Notes: generated by a model not told the origin, from the letters alone. A stretch of 64,000 bases of DNA from Verrucomicrobiia bacterium (GCA_035489575.1 DATHJY010000005.1:6612-70611), one strand, 5' to 3'; positions 15,804-25,966 are shown, numbered from the stretch's first letter. Translations and numbers: made by a program.

Positions 15804-16754
15804 ATGAGCACGCTAGAAACTTTCCGGTATGATGATTTATCTGACAACCTGCGGGCGAGTGTACATGACGACCTAGCAAGTACTACCTTGAAGCACATCA
15901 TGGCCAACCCTGACCTATTCGAGCCACTTCCCTACGACCCAGAAAAACACAGGTCACAACAACTCGAAACCGTTGAGTTATCGCCCACTCTTGCTACCTA
16001 CGATGAGATAGAAGCCATAGCCACTGGCGCTGCCCCGGAACTGTTTCTGGCTGCCCGTACAGCCCTGCGAGAACAGACCGACATTCGCGATGCGGTGCTC
16101 GAAAAACTAAGACAGGGCGAGCATGTTTCTGCAGTCACCACCCACGGCACATTGGCAGACGTAGCAATTTGGTCTGCCGCCCTGGCAGAATATTTAGAAG
16201 AAGAGGACTCTGAGGCCTGGAAGGACCATAACGGTTTGGTAATTAGTCGAGGGATCACTACCATCGGGATTGTCGGCATGGGGATAGCAGGCTCAGAGCT
16301 TCTCCAGAAGGGTAATCGTGTATTCATGAGCCTGCAACGAACTAACACTATTGCCCAGCTTGGCCTACCGGATTCACTCGTTAGCACCAATAACGCTCGC
16401 ATGCGCCAGAGAGTCCACCGCTGGATCGACCAGCCAGCAGCCTCACGTACGCTCACTGGGAGAAACCTCAACATGGCTTGGTCTGGCAAGACTGACGCCA
16501 TAGAATATGGCGACGATCATCAACCCGAACACGTAACACTGGGCAGTGTAAATCAGCGCACCGTAGACATTGTCAGGCGAGGCTGGGTACTACCCGCTGT
16601 CCTCTGGGCTGATGCCGAACGCCAAAAGGCAGTGCTCGGCGCCCCCACTAAGGTCGAGACCAAACTCGGTGCCCAAAGAGTACAGCGCTGGCAGGCAGAC
16701 ACCCTTGCTACTATCCTAGAGATATCTGCCGACGCCGTAGATGTCGAGTCTTAG
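15804..16754 (+). CDS. hypothetical protein (317 aa)
   Basis: Start at ATG 15804, behind an extended -10 TGCTATACT (15788-15795). It contains THGTLAD, an HX4D-like string as in acyltransferases, but that is too weak for a functional call. Confidence 0.55.
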   Translation: MSTLETFRYDDLSDNLRASVHDDLASTTLKHIMANPDLFEPLPYDPEKHRSQQLETVELSPTLATYDEIEAIATGAAPELFLAARTALREQTDIRDAVLEKLRQGEHVSAVTTHGTLADVAIWSAALAEYLEEEDSEAWKDHNGLVISRGITTIGIVGMGIAGSELLQKGNRVFMSLQRTNTIAQLGLPDSLVSTNNARMRQRVHRWIDQPAASRTLTGRNLNMAWSGKTDAIEYGDDHQPEHVTLGSVNQRTVDIVRRGWVLPAVLWADAERQKAVLGAPTKVETKLGAQRVQRWQADTLATILEISADAVDVES

Positions 16755-17446
16755 AGCGCCCTGAAAGACCGGACAATGGTATACAGGATGGTGTAGTCCG
16801 GCTGGATATTGTGGTCAGTATAAACAAAGAAGTATTTGTGTTTGCCCTTGGTGGGTCCGGCAATGGTGGCAGCGTTCAGGGCACCTGGCGTGTTTACCCC
16901 CACCTTGTTCTGCACAAAATTAGGGACATCACATATAAAATCGACCCCTTGCCACTTGGATGGTAATGGGGTCTTGTTCTGCGGGTTTGGCACCGTCGTG
17001 AAATTGGCGCAGTTATCTGATACCTGGCGGTAGGACAGCGTATTGTCCACGATATCTACCGGCAACAGACGGTTGACTGGTAGGTCGGCGGGAATGGTGT
17101 CGAAATAAATCTTGAACCACCGATTGTCCTCGCCTTTTTTAGTAGCCTGCCAGGTTATACTCTGTTCGTTAGGGCTCTTGGTGCGTTCTTTTAGCTTCCA
17201 GTCTGGCGGCAGACTAAAAGAAAAAAGAGGTTCTGTCACATTTACTGGATCGGTGGCGTCTTTTTCACCGGCCTGGGTTACCGTCCGGCTAACGCCCATG
17301 ACTTCTTCTTGCTTACTGTTTCGTTGAGTGTCCCAGACCAAGAACCCGCCCAGCCCGCCAACAATAACCATCGAACACGCCACCACCGCAAAGACTTTGC
17401 GTCCACGGTTTTTGGGGTTACGACCTACACGATACTTTCTTGTCAT
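16751..17446 (-). CDS. hypothetical membrane-anchored extracytoplasmic protein
   Basis: Basic N-terminus, then the TM helix VFAVVACSMVIVGGLGGFLVW. No motif recognised. Confidence 0.6.
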   Translation of the reverse strand: MTRKYRVGRNPKNRGRKVFAVVACSMVIVGGLGGFLVWDTQRNSKQEEVMGVSRTVTQAGEKDATDPVNVTEPLFSFSLPPDWKLKERTKSPNEQSITWQATKKGEDNRWFKIYFDTIPADLPVNRLLPVDIVDNTLSYRQVSDNCANFTTVPNPQNKTPLPSKWQGVDFICDVPNFVQNKVGVNTPGALNAATIAGPTKGKHKYFFVYTDHNIQPDYTILYTIVRSFRAL

Positions 17447-17458
17447 ATGTGAATCTCA

Positions 17459-18250
17459 TTATAACGTGACGAGCAAAACAAGTAGGCCCAAACCAATCCG
17501 ATAATAAGCAAAAGCAGCCAGCGTATGTCCCGAAAGATATTTCAGTAAGAATTTGATGGCGAACAGTCCGCTCACCAAAGCCGTCACAATGCCTACCACA
17601 AACAAACCTGTCTCTTGCCCCATCATGTGTGCCGACTCACCCGTTGCCAGAACTTTTACAATGGCTCCGGCGGTAATAGGTATGCCCAGCAAGAACGAGA
17701 ACCGCGTGGCCGCCACCCGGTCGATCCCCATAAACAAACCAGTGGTAATGGTGCCGCCCGAACGTGACACGCCGGGAACAATTGCCGCCCCCTGGGCTAT
17801 GCCCACGGCCAGCGCTTGCTTCCACGAGATCTCTTTTAGTCCCGCCTTATGTTTGTAGCGCTTGGCAAAAGCTTCGGCCGCCAGCATAAGTAGTGCCACT
17901 GCAATCAGGTTGACCGCCACCAACCGAGTAGACCGAAAAGCTGATTCGGCAGAACCCTGTAGCACCATGCCAGCAATCACTGCCGGAATGGTTGCCAGAG
18001 CAATCAGCCAAGCCACCCGCTTGTATTCGTTTCTGCCCAGTATTCCCTGAATCAACAAAACAATGTCTTTACAAAAATACAGCACAAGCGCACCAAGCGT
18101 GCCAATATGTAAGGCCACGTCAAAGGTCAGGCCATTTTCTGTAATCCCCATGGCTTGATGCAACAGTACCAAGTGGCCAGAACTCGATACCGGGATAAAC
18201 TCGGTCAGACCCTGCGTCAGTCCTAGGATAATCGCCTCTATGGTAGTCAT
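17459..18250 (-). CDS. uppP: undecaprenyl-diphosphate phosphatase
   Basis: BacA/UppP motifs TEFIPVSSSGHL and PGVSRSGGTI. Start moved to ATG 18250 (MTTIEAIILG). Confidence 0.85.
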   Translation of the reverse strand: MTTIEAIILGLTQGLTEFIPVSSSGHLVLLHQAMGITENGLTFDVALHIGTLGALVLYFCKDIVLLIQGILGRNEYKRVAWLIALATIPAVIAGMVLQGSAESAFRSTRLVAVNLIAVALLMLAAEAFAKRYKHKAGLKEISWKQALAVGIAQGAAIVPGVSRSGGTITTGLFMGIDRVAATRFSFLLGIPITAGAIVKVLATGESAHMMGQETGLFVVGIVTALVSGLFAIKFLLKYLSGHTLAAFAYYRIGLGLLVLLVTL

Positions 18251-18325
18251 GCTAAAAGTATACCGTGCTGTTAGCATTCCCCATACTTGCCAGGCCACCG
18301 CCCCATCAGATACCTTATACTTTAT

Positions 18326-19168
18326 ATGGGAAGTCCTTTTGATTTTGCATCACCAGAAACCTTTGATGAATGGTGGGCAGACAGTCTTCGGAGTGGCATT
18401 ATGATACTTGGTGGCATGCACGGCAACGAACCACTCGGTCCAGCCGTAGTCGAACACCTAAATGAGACGAGTGAATCGCTCTATCCGTCCATAGCAAACA
18501 CTTCGGCCGTTCAAGAGGCAGAGCGCTATATACATTGCGAGCTAAGCACAGCGAAGATACGCCCCCATTCAAACAAGTTTGAAGAACGAAGATTGCCTCG
18601 GCTTATACGGATCTGCAACGCCTTTCCCCTTACTATAGATATCCATAACTCTCTTTCCTCAGAATATGCCTTTACCGGTCCAAACCCGGAGCCAAGCCTG
18701 CTCAAGGTTGCCTCTTTTTTAGGACGCAGTCGTATTCTACTTACCGATTACACCTTTTATGAAAGAGTCCCGCGTGCACTGGGTGTTGAATTTGCCTGCC
18801 CTGCAGACACTGCAGAACTTGAGCCATGGCTTGAGCAAAAAGTGCCTGAAGTCTGTGAACGACTGGGTAAACTCGCAACTTTTGGTAGTTTTTCAGAGTT
18901 GCCAGAGGTTGATTGGGACAGTCTTGAATTCTACAGAGACTGGCGAAGTATTGATCAGCAGGAGGCGGTCAAGCTTGGGCTGCCCGATTACTCCATTCAG
19001 CCATTCGAAGCCTTGCCTTCACGGTTGGCGTCAGGCTTGGGCAGATCACCAGAGCAGCCGCCTGTACATGCTCTGTTTTGGGATAATCTCTCATACGGCC
19101 CTAACTTTGCTGGTCTGGCCGAACGGTGCGATCCACCCCTTAAGCTTCAGGAATTATTGGCAGCATAA
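18326..19168 (+). CDS. succinylglutamate desuccinylase/aspartoacylase-like (AstE/AspA family zinc hydrolase), tentative
   Basis: ILGGMHGNEPLG zinc-ligand motif near the N-terminus. Start at ATG 18326. Confidence 0.5.
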   Translation: MGSPFDFASPETFDEWWADSLRSGIMILGGMHGNEPLGPAVVEHLNETSESLYPSIANTSAVQEAERYIHCELSTAKIRPHSNKFEERRLPRLIRICNAFPLTIDIHNSLSSEYAFTGPNPEPSLLKVASFLGRSRILLTDYTFYERVPRALGVEFACPADTAELEPWLEQKVPEVCERLGKLATFGSFSELPEVDWDSLEFYRDWRSIDQQEAVKLGLPDYSIQPFEALPSRLASGLGRSPEQPPVHALFWDNLSYGPNFAGLAERCDPPLKLQELLAA

Positions 19169-19216
19169 TGTATCTTCACAGTCTGTGCCAGGTCCTTAAG
19201 ATTGCAGGCGGCACGT

Positions 19217-20155
19217 ATGTTTGAGACTATTAAAAGTATGGATGAACAACAAAACGCTATAGATGTGAAGAACCTGGTGAAAAAGTTCGGCAACTTTAAG
19301 GCGTTGGACGGACTAGAGCTGGCCGTCCGCAAAGGTGAAGTGCATGGCCTGCTTGGGCCCAACGGAGCCGGCAAGTCGACAACCATTCGCGTTCTGTTGG
19401 GCCTGCTCGACAAAACTTCTGGGTCTGCTCAGCTGCTGGGCGGTGACCCAAAGAAAGATGCCGTCACCCTACACCGCCGTTTGGCCTATGTGCCCGGTGA
19501 TGTAAATCTGTGGCCAAACTTGTCCGGCGGCGAGTCTATTGACCTGCTGGGCGCACTGCGTGGTGGCCTAGACAAAGAACGCCGAGCCATGTTGCTGGAC
19601 CGCTTCCAGCTGGACCCACGCAAAAAATTCCGCACCTACTCTAAGGGTAATCGCCAAAAGGTCGCCCTCATCGCCGCCCTGGCTTCTGACGTCGATCTGT
19701 ATATATTAGACGAACCAACCTCTGGCTTGGATCCGCTCATGGAAGCTGTCTTCCAGGAGTGCATAAAAGAGCTCAAGAAAGCTGATAAAACTATTCTACT
19801 TTCTAGTCACATCCTGGCCGAGGTCGAGGCACTGTGTGACAGAGTCACCATCATCCGCGAGGGGCGCACCGTCCAATCCGGCACGCTCGACGACCTTCGC
19901 CACTTGCACCGCACCACTGTCAAAGCCCATGTGGAACACCCGGCGACCAAGTCACTGTTCAAGGACGTCCATAATCTGGAGGTCAACGACAAAGGCCGTT
20001 ATGTCCAGTTCGAGGTAGACAGTCACCGATTAGACGCCGCACTGGAAGCACTCACCAAGCTCAACGTCCGCTCCCTCACCAGTCACCCACCGACGCTCGA
20101 GGAGCTATTCCTTTCGCACTACGATAACGACACCAAGCCGACGGAGACAGAGTAA
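19217..20155 (+). CDS. ABC transporter ATP-binding protein
   Basis: Walker [13 protein letters not shown], signature YSKGNRQKV, Walker [13 protein letters not shown]. Start ambiguous among TTG 19202, ATG 19217 and ATG 19238. Confidence 0.85.
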   Translation: MFETIKSMDEQQNAIDVKNLVKKFGNFKALDGLELAVRKGEVHGLLGPNGAGKSTTIRVLLGLLDKTSGSAQLLGGDPKKDAVTLHRRLAYVPGDVNLWPNLSGGESIDLLGALRGGLDKERRAMLLDRFQLDPRKKFRTYSKGNRQKVALIAALASDVDLYILDEPTSGLDPLMEAVFQECIKELKKADKTILLSSHILAEVEALCDRVTIIREGRTVQSGTLDDLRHLHRTTVKAHVEHPATKSLFKDVHNLEVNDKGRYVQFEVDSHRLDAALEALTKLNVRSLTSHPPTLEELFLSHYDNDTKPTETE

Positions 20156-21780
20156 TGCATGGGTTTACTGGGACATGGCGACTCGTCAGACTCGCCCTGC
20201 GACGTGATCGGATCAAGCTTCCGATCATAATCGCTGTACTGTTCTTTGTTTTCATGTCTTCTGTAGCGCAGACCATCACGGTATACGGAAGCTCTACCGA
20301 GCAGTTAGTGCTGTATGCCCGGACATCCGCCCCAAGCGTGGTGCAGCGCGTGTTTGCGGGACCACTGGACGGGCCGAACATTGGTGCCATCGTCCTGAAC
20401 GAGACCTTTCTGTTCCTTGCCCTGGCTATAGCTTTCATGAGCACCCTCACCGTCGTACGTCACACCCGACAGAACGAAGAGTTCGGCCGTTCAGAACTGA
20501 TCGAATCAGGTGTCGTCAGCCGACACGCCAGTCTGATCGCCGCCTTGGTTGTGGCCGTCTTGGCCAACCTTGTCTTTGCCGGACTTGCCACCCTTGCTCT
20601 GCTGTCCAACGACCTGCCTACTGCCGGTTCTGCTGGCACCGGGCTGGCCTTTGCAGCCACCGGGATCACGTTTGCCGCCATCGCGGCGGTAGCAGCCCAA
20701 CTGGCTGATAGCGCTCGCGGGGCTAACAGTTTCTCTGCTATGGCTATTGGCACTGCGTTTCTGCTACGCGCTGTTGGTGACAGTCTGGGCAGCCTGAAAG
20801 ATGGTGGGCTGGCTATCCAGAGCGCTTTTCCAACCTGGTTATCACCTCTTGGCTGGGCCCAGCTGATACATCCCTATACCCAAGCTAACTGGTGGATATT
20901 CGGCCTGTTCGGCACGCTATTTGTAATAACGGTCGGCCTGTCTGTGGCTTTTATGGCCAAACGAGACATTGGCCTGGGCATGATAGCCACCCGTCCCGGA
21001 CCAGCCCGCGCTGCGCGCTCATTGCTCAGTACATTTGGTCTGGCCATACGGCTGCAGCGTGGTATCTTGCGCGGTTGGATTGCCACCATTGTGGTTTTGG
21101 GTGTGACCTATGGCCTGGTGGTTAAAGAATTCCAGGACCTTTTGGCAGAAAATGAAGAATTTCAACAATTTATTGGACAGCTTGGGGGTGATGTTAACGA
21201 TGCTTTCTTGGGCATACTCATCAGCTTTATGGCTGTCACCGTTGCCGGCTACGCCGCGCAGTCGCTGCTGAGGATGCGCAGCGAAGAAGCCAATGGGCAG
21301 CTCGAATCTGTCCTGAGCGGCAGTGTTGGTAGGCGCCAATGGATGCTGAGTCACATCATCTACATCGCTATAGGTATAGTCACCCTGATGCTACTGACCG
21401 CCCTCAGCATGGGCGTCACATTTGTCCTAGCTTCTGACGCAGCGTGGAGCAAGTTGGGCGAGATCATCATCGCTTCGCTGGTCCAATCGGCCGCTATTTT
21501 TGCCTTCGCTGGTTTTGCCATAGCCGTGTTCAGCTTTTTGCCACGCATGGCTGTAGCAGTCGTATGGGGAGGTTTCGCCGCCTGTCTACTGGTCATGCAG
21601 TTGGGTGTTCTCTTGGAATTGCCACAATGGATAATGGACCTTTCACCATTTGGCCACCTGCCGCCCATGCCAGCCTCGGACTTCTCTACCGCTCCCGTAA
21701 TTGGCCTGATGGCTGCCGCTATCATTCTGACCGTACTTGGACTGACCTATTTCAACCACCGCGATATAACTACAACCTAG
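20155..21780 (+). CDS. ABC exporter permease (12-TM, ABC-2-like)
   Basis: ATGA overlap with the ATPase gene. 541 aa, highly hydrophobic, with two 6-TM halves. Confidence 0.75.
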   Translation: MHGFTGTWRLVRLALRRDRIKLPIIIAVLFFVFMSSVAQTITVYGSSTEQLVLYARTSAPSVVQRVFAGPLDGPNIGAIVLNETFLFLALAIAFMSTLTVVRHTRQNEEFGRSELIESGVVSRHASLIAALVVAVLANLVFAGLATLALLSNDLPTAGSAGTGLAFAATGITFAAIAAVAAQLADSARGANSFSAMAIGTAFLLRAVGDSLGSLKDGGLAIQSAFPTWLSPLGWAQLIHPYTQANWWIFGLFGTLFVITVGLSVAFMAKRDIGLGMIATRPGPARAARSLLSTFGLAIRLQRGILRGWIATIVVLGVTYGLVVKEFQDLLAENEEFQQFIGQLGGDVNDAFLGILISFMAVTVAGYAAQSLLRMRSEEANGQLESVLSGSVGRRQWMLSHIIYIAIGIVTLMLLTALSMGVTFVLASDAAWSKLGEIIIASLVQSAAIFAFAGFAIAVFSFLPRMAVAVVWGGFAACLLVMQLGVLLELPQWIMDLSPFGHLPPMPASDFSTAPVIGLMAAAIILTVLGLTYFNHRDITTT

Positions 21781-22253
21781 TCTTTGTCGATCGTCTGCTT
21801 GATGGCACTCAATCGGGGCATGAAGCTCTGGGCTGCGCCGTCCAGACCCAATACTTTGAGGGCACCAATCAGCACGTATAGTTCGTCTATTTTAGCCTGC
21901 TCAGCTTTGGCGGCTTGCTCTAGTTGCGAAAAGAAATGTTCTACTTTTTCTACCAGCCACTTTTCTTCACCGTCTTTGACAACGTTGGTCTTGACCTTGG
22001 TTTGCTCGCTTGGAGCCACCACTTCGAGCGATCGGGCCGACCGGTCGCGTTTGCGCAAATGCCCTCGCTTAATAAGATTGTTGACGTGCAGTGCTACTGT
22101 GGCGACGGACGTGTATTCCAGGCCCGTCATGATCTCTCGGTAGCTCGGGCTGTAGCCGTGCTCGGTGATAAAAGCTTCTATATAAGCCAGCAGCTCGCGC
22201 TGCTTTTTAGTGGGCCGAACGCTGTTAGTTGGTTCTGATGCTGCCTGTGCCAT
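21777..22253 (-). CDS. LexA-type winged-helix DNA-binding protein lacking the S24 peptidase domain
   Basis: TKKQRELLAYIEAFITEHGYSPSYREIMTGLEYTSVATVALHVNNLIKRGHLRK matches the LexA N-terminal domain pattern. The C-terminal about 70 aa are helical, with no Ser-Lys dyad motifs. Confidence 0.65.
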   Translation of the reverse strand: MAQAASEPTNSVRPTKKQRELLAYIEAFITEHGYSPSYREIMTGLEYTSVATVALHVNNLIKRGHLRKRDRSARSLEVVAPSEQTKVKTNVVKDGEEKWLVEKVEHFFSQLEQAAKAEQAKIDELYVLIGALKVLGLDGAAQSFMPRLSAIKQTIDKD

Positions 22254-22744
22254 TATTTGCCCCTTAGATAGCCATGGTGGCTGTGTGCCCGGTGCGCTAC
22301 CACCTTAGGCACGGTGATCTTAGTCTTCTTGGTAAACTTCTCTGGAAAAACCCAGTATTTGTACCATAGATAATTCCAAACAGTGAAGAAACCGGACGAC
22401 GCAAACTGGCCCAAATACGGCGTAATGCCGACAGACTGTAGACTAGCCACAATGACATAGTCCAACACCCAGTCTACGAGCGTAATTATACTGTAACGCC
22501 CCGTGACTTCTGTCTGATTTTTAGCCAAGGCCGGATTATTAAATACCCAGTAGCGCTGCAGAGCATAGTTGATCAGCCAACCGGTTACGTTGGCCAGTAG
22601 CTTAGCCCACCACAAGTTGAGCCCCAAACCCTTGTCCAGCACAAAGAACATGAGGTAGCCCGACCAAAAGTACGCCCCGCCGGTCACCATATATTCGGTG
22701 ATACGGATGAGTTCTTTGCGCTGTTTCTTTTTGAGTCGAGCCAT
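22253..22744 (-). CDS. GtrA family membrane protein
   Basis: 4 TM helices. Pattern TGGAYFWSGYLMFFVL ... NYALQRYWVFNN is typical of GtrA-like proteins. Confidence 0.75.
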   Translation of the reverse strand: MARLKKKQRKELIRITEYMVTGGAYFWSGYLMFFVLDKGLGLNLWWAKLLANVTGWLINYALQRYWVFNNPALAKNQTEVTGRYSIITLVDWVLDYVIVASLQSVGITPYLGQFASSGFFTVWNYLWYKYWVFPEKFTKKTKITVPKVVAHRAHSHHGYLRGK

Positions 22745-22824
22745 AAACGCTTTCGCTTTTTGTTTAGTATACCAGGAGTAACCAGCGAAAGACGAGTCAT
22801 CTCGCCATAGACATACCGATACGC

Positions 22825-23634
22825 TTAGCGGACCGACATCACCTTTGTCTGGTTCTCGGCCAGCTCCCGTCCAGAGGTATCTTGATCAAGCGAACGCACT
22901 GCAATATAGCTGTCTGTTGCTACTACCATGGCAACGTCATGGTAGACCCCGAGCTGGCCATTTTCTCCAGGCTCAAAAGTATAACGGACGGGCAGTATGT
23001 GTGATGCCGGAATGCCCCGATCCTCGTAATACTGCTGATCATCGACGAGTGCCTTGGCCGACCAGGACTGCTCTTCATGACTCAGGCTGGCCACAACATA
23101 AGTGTTACCTGGGGATATGCCCTTGTCTTCAAAAAACTTTAGCACCACGTCTGTAGCATCCGTCTCGCTGAAGGCCACGTGGCCAACTGCCATACCATCG
23201 GACCCATACCCCACTAGTAGGCTGCATGAACTTAGACCAGCAAACGCGTAGGGCTTGGGCCCGTACGGAACTTCCCACACAGAACCTTGATCGATCTCTA
23301 GGATGCGTCGATCGGGAGTATCCAGAACCCTAAAGTCCCTTCTGGTGGCATTGGCCTGATAATCTTCTATAACTGCGTCTTTGGTTGCATTGCCTGGCAT
23401 ATCCGGGTGCACAGACCGTCGAAGGCCATGCCTTGGCTCGTCAAGCGTCCACGTTTGATGTCCCTGGTCATACCATCGCTCGCCAAAAGCTTGCGTAACA
23501 GTTGTAATAATAAGCGAGGCGGCAGCATCTCTTTCGTCTGGATCTTCAGATTCAATCAGCAACGACTCGGCGTAGTCTAGCTCTTGATCGGTCGCAGAAG
23601 TTAGGACTTCTTGTCCAGACAAAGTGTTTGACAT
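22825..23634 (-). CDS. hypothetical acidic protein (269 aa)
   Basis: Long ORF with no family recognised. Weak Cys...His string GLSSCSLLVGYGSDGMAVGHVAF. Confidence 0.55.
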   Translation of the reverse strand: MSNTLSGQEVLTSATDQELDYAESLLIESEDPDERDAAASLIITTVTQAFGERWYDQGHQTWTLDEPRHGLRRSVHPDMPGNATKDAVIEDYQANATRRDFRVLDTPDRRILEIDQGSVWEVPYGPKPYAFAGLSSCSLLVGYGSDGMAVGHVAFSETDATDVVLKFFEDKGISPGNTYVVASLSHEEQSWSAKALVDDQQYYEDRGIPASHILPVRYTFEPGENGQLGVYHDVAMVVATDSYIAVRSLDQDTSGRELAENQTKVMSVR

Positions 23635-23699
23635 AGATATAATTATTATAACACAATTTTATAGTAAAGTAAATATTTTAAGCTCACATCCTGGCGGTA

Positions 23700-23956
23700 T
23701 GCCGTCATGCAAAAATTATTACAGCCGCACACGCAGGCGGAAAGATTGTAAAACGCTACTTTGGCGAAGTACTAACGATCGAGGAAAAGTCCAAGGCCGG
23801 CGATCTAGAAGATTACGTAGCTGCCAAAGTATGGTCAGTGAGGCTGGCGGTAAGGTTACTGACTTTTCAAGACAAACCAGTGAATGGCGAGCTCCTGACT
23901 TTGTAACTACCAACGGAACAACCCTACATGACAAGATCGTGGAGCTGCTGGGCTAA
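23700..23956 (+). pseudogene. remnant of an inositol-monophosphatase (SuhB/IMPase) family gene
   Basis: One frame reads ITAAHAGGKIVKRYFGEVLTIEEKSKAGDL (N-terminal-like). A different frame reads VSEAGGKVTDF...TTNGTTLHDKIVELLG (C-terminal-like). The about 170 aa that normally lie between them are missing. Confidence 0.45.
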
Positions 23957-24456
23957 TTAGCAAAATCGAGCTGGCCGCCCTCAAGAAGGTCAAAGGCTTT
24001 ACGAAGATTGCGGATCTCTATATCATCTTCACCTTTTCCGGCAGATATAACTTTGTGCAATTCGTTCTTGGCTACCCACTCATAAGATGAGTGATCTTCG
24101 AGATGAAGCTTGATGGCGTCCGGCGAGTCAACCAGGGTTGCAAAGTAAATAACCTCGATCGAATGTGAACCCTTTACGTGATTCGTGTAACCAAAGGCCG
24201 CAAATGGATCACCAATAGCAATAGTCACGCTTAACTCTTCTTGTATCTCGCGCTTAAGGCCGGCAATAATATCTTCGCCGAAGTCTATGTGACCACCTGG
24301 AAGCTCATAGATGCTAGGCAAGAATTTCTTAGTATCCGCTCGCTTGGGCAGTAGTATTTTAGTAGCTCCATCAAATACGTGATGAATAACTGCGACCGCC
24401 GTTATGACTTGCTGGCCGTGAGCCGGAGTCTCGCTATCATGGGAAATTTTACTCAT
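23953..24456 (-). CDS. NUDIX hydrolase
   Basis: Nudix box GGHIDFGEDIIAGLKREIQEELSV. Start moved to ATG 24456 (MSKISHD). Confidence 0.8.
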   Translation of the reverse strand: MSKISHDSETPAHGQQVITAVAVIHHVFDGATKILLPKRADTKKFLPSIYELPGGHIDFGEDIIAGLKREIQEELSVTIAIGDPFAAFGYTNHVKGSHSIEVIYFATLVDSPDAIKLHLEDHSSYEWVAKNELHKVISAGKGEDDIEIRNLRKAFDLLEGGQLDFAN

Positions 24457-24510
24457 AGCCTCACTATAACAAACCGTAGAACGTAACAGTGGTACAATGA
24501 TGCCTAGATA

Positions 24511-25929
24511 ATGAAAAACAACGCCTCTCTTGTGTATGCACTTATCCTGGTACTCGGCGACTTCTTGGCCCTGGTTGCCGCCTTTACGGCTGCCTACATC
24601 TTGCGAGTCAAGGTAGACCCTCGTCCGCTTATCGAACAAATACCGGCCATGACCTACCTGCACGCCTCGTTGACTATCTTGCCACTCTGGGTTTTGGTGC
24701 ATGGCTTTATCGGCCTGTACAGTCCCGATGTATACGAAAAACGATTCTCTGAATTTGGTCGGTTGTTGGTTGGCTCTTTTATAGGCATCCTGGTGGTTAT
24801 TGGCTATGACTTTGTAAGCGCCAACGAATTATTCCCAGCTCGATTGGTGCCCGTATACGCCCTGGTGCTCGGGTTTAGTTTTTTGCTGCTTTTCCGCACC
24901 ATTGCACGCATTGCTCGGCGTACCCTCTTTAAATACGGTATTGGCATCAGCAACGTCCTGTTGGTTGGCAACACCAGCGCCAGCCAGGAAATGGCCTTTG
25001 CTATCAGCAACACCAAGCGAACAGGGCAGCATGTCTTGGGTATTGTCGGACGTGACGTCAAACAGTTTCGCGACTTCCCCACCTTTGCCGAAGCTATTCA
25101 GGACCTAGCAGAGCCTATTCATGGCATTATTCAGACAGAGCTCTACAAAGACCAGGACAGGAATAACGAGATCTTGCAATACTCCCAGCAAAACCACGTC
25201 TCGTACCGCTTTGTCCCCGGCAACACCGACCTGTTTGTGGGCAATATCGCCGTAGAACTGTTTGCCGGCAGCCTGCCAGTGATTGCCGTGCACCAAACTG
25301 CCCTGATTGGCTGGGGGCGCATCGTGAAGCGCATTTTTGACCTGATTGCCGCCACACTTATTCTGATCATTTTGTCCCCGCTCTTTATGCTGGTGGCCAT
25401 TGCTATCAAGCTATCTGACCCTAGGGAACCTGTGTTCTTCCGGCAGAACCGGCTAACACGGTTCAATCGTGAATTCCGGGTTTTCAAGTTTCGCAGTATC
25501 AAGCGTGGCTATAACTGCTCGCCCGAAGAAGGGTTCAAGCGCATGCACCGGTTGGACCTACTCAAAGAATTTCGGGCCAATGGCGATTTTCTACCCAACG
25601 ATCCACGCATATCCAAAATCGGCAGGTTTACGCGTGCCACCAGCATCGACGAACTACCCCAACTATTCAACGTCCTCCAGGGCGATATTAGCCTGGTAGG
25701 ACCCCGTGCGCTGGTGCCACAAGAACTGAATGCCTACGAAAAGAAACACGCCATCCTGAGCGTCAAATCAGGCATGACAGGCCTGGCCCAAATCTCTGGC
25801 CGCAAAGATATCGACTTTGACGAACGGCGACAACTGGACATCTACTACGTGCAAAACTGGAGCTTTTGGAACGACGTGGTTATCATCATCAAGACCTTTC
25901 GCAAAATTATTACCGCAAGTAGCAATTAG
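24511..25929 (+). CDS. polyprenyl-phosphate glycosyl-1-phosphate transferase (WbaP/bacterial sugar transferase family)
   Basis: N-terminal TM block. C-terminal catalytic domain KRIFDLIAATLILIILSPLF ... DPRISKIGRFTRATSIDELPQLFNVLQGDISLVGPRA. Confidence 0.85.
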   Translation: MKNNASLVYALILVLGDFLALVAAFTAAYILRVKVDPRPLIEQIPAMTYLHASLTILPLWVLVHGFIGLYSPDVYEKRFSEFGRLLVGSFIGILVVIGYDFVSANELFPARLVPVYALVLGFSFLLLFRTIARIARRTLFKYGIGISNVLLVGNTSASQEMAFAISNTKRTGQHVLGIVGRDVKQFRDFPTFAEAIQDLAEPIHGIIQTELYKDQDRNNEILQYSQQNHVSYRFVPGNTDLFVGNIAVELFAGSLPVIAVHQTALIGWGRIVKRIFDLIAATLILIILSPLFMLVAIAIKLSDPREPVFFRQNRLTRFNREFRVFKFRSIKRGYNCSPEEGFKRMHRLDLLKEFRANGDFLPNDPRISKIGRFTRATSIDELPQLFNVLQGDISLVGPRALVPQELNAYEKKHAILSVKSGMTGLAQISGRKDIDFDERRQLDIYYVQNWSFWNDVVIIIKTFRKIITASSN

Positions 25930-25931
25930 CA

Positions 25932-25960
25932 TTGACAAACTTAGCTAAGTTAGCTAATAT
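25932..25960 (+). promoter_or_regulatory. sigma70-like promoter plus palindromic operator, leaderless antitoxin transcript
   Basis: TTGACA (25932-25937), 17 nt, TAATAT (25955-25960), 6 nt, ATG 25967. The spacer holds the perfect palindrome AACTTAGCTAAGTT (25938-25951). Confidence 0.6.
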
Positions 25961-25966
25961 GTAAAC

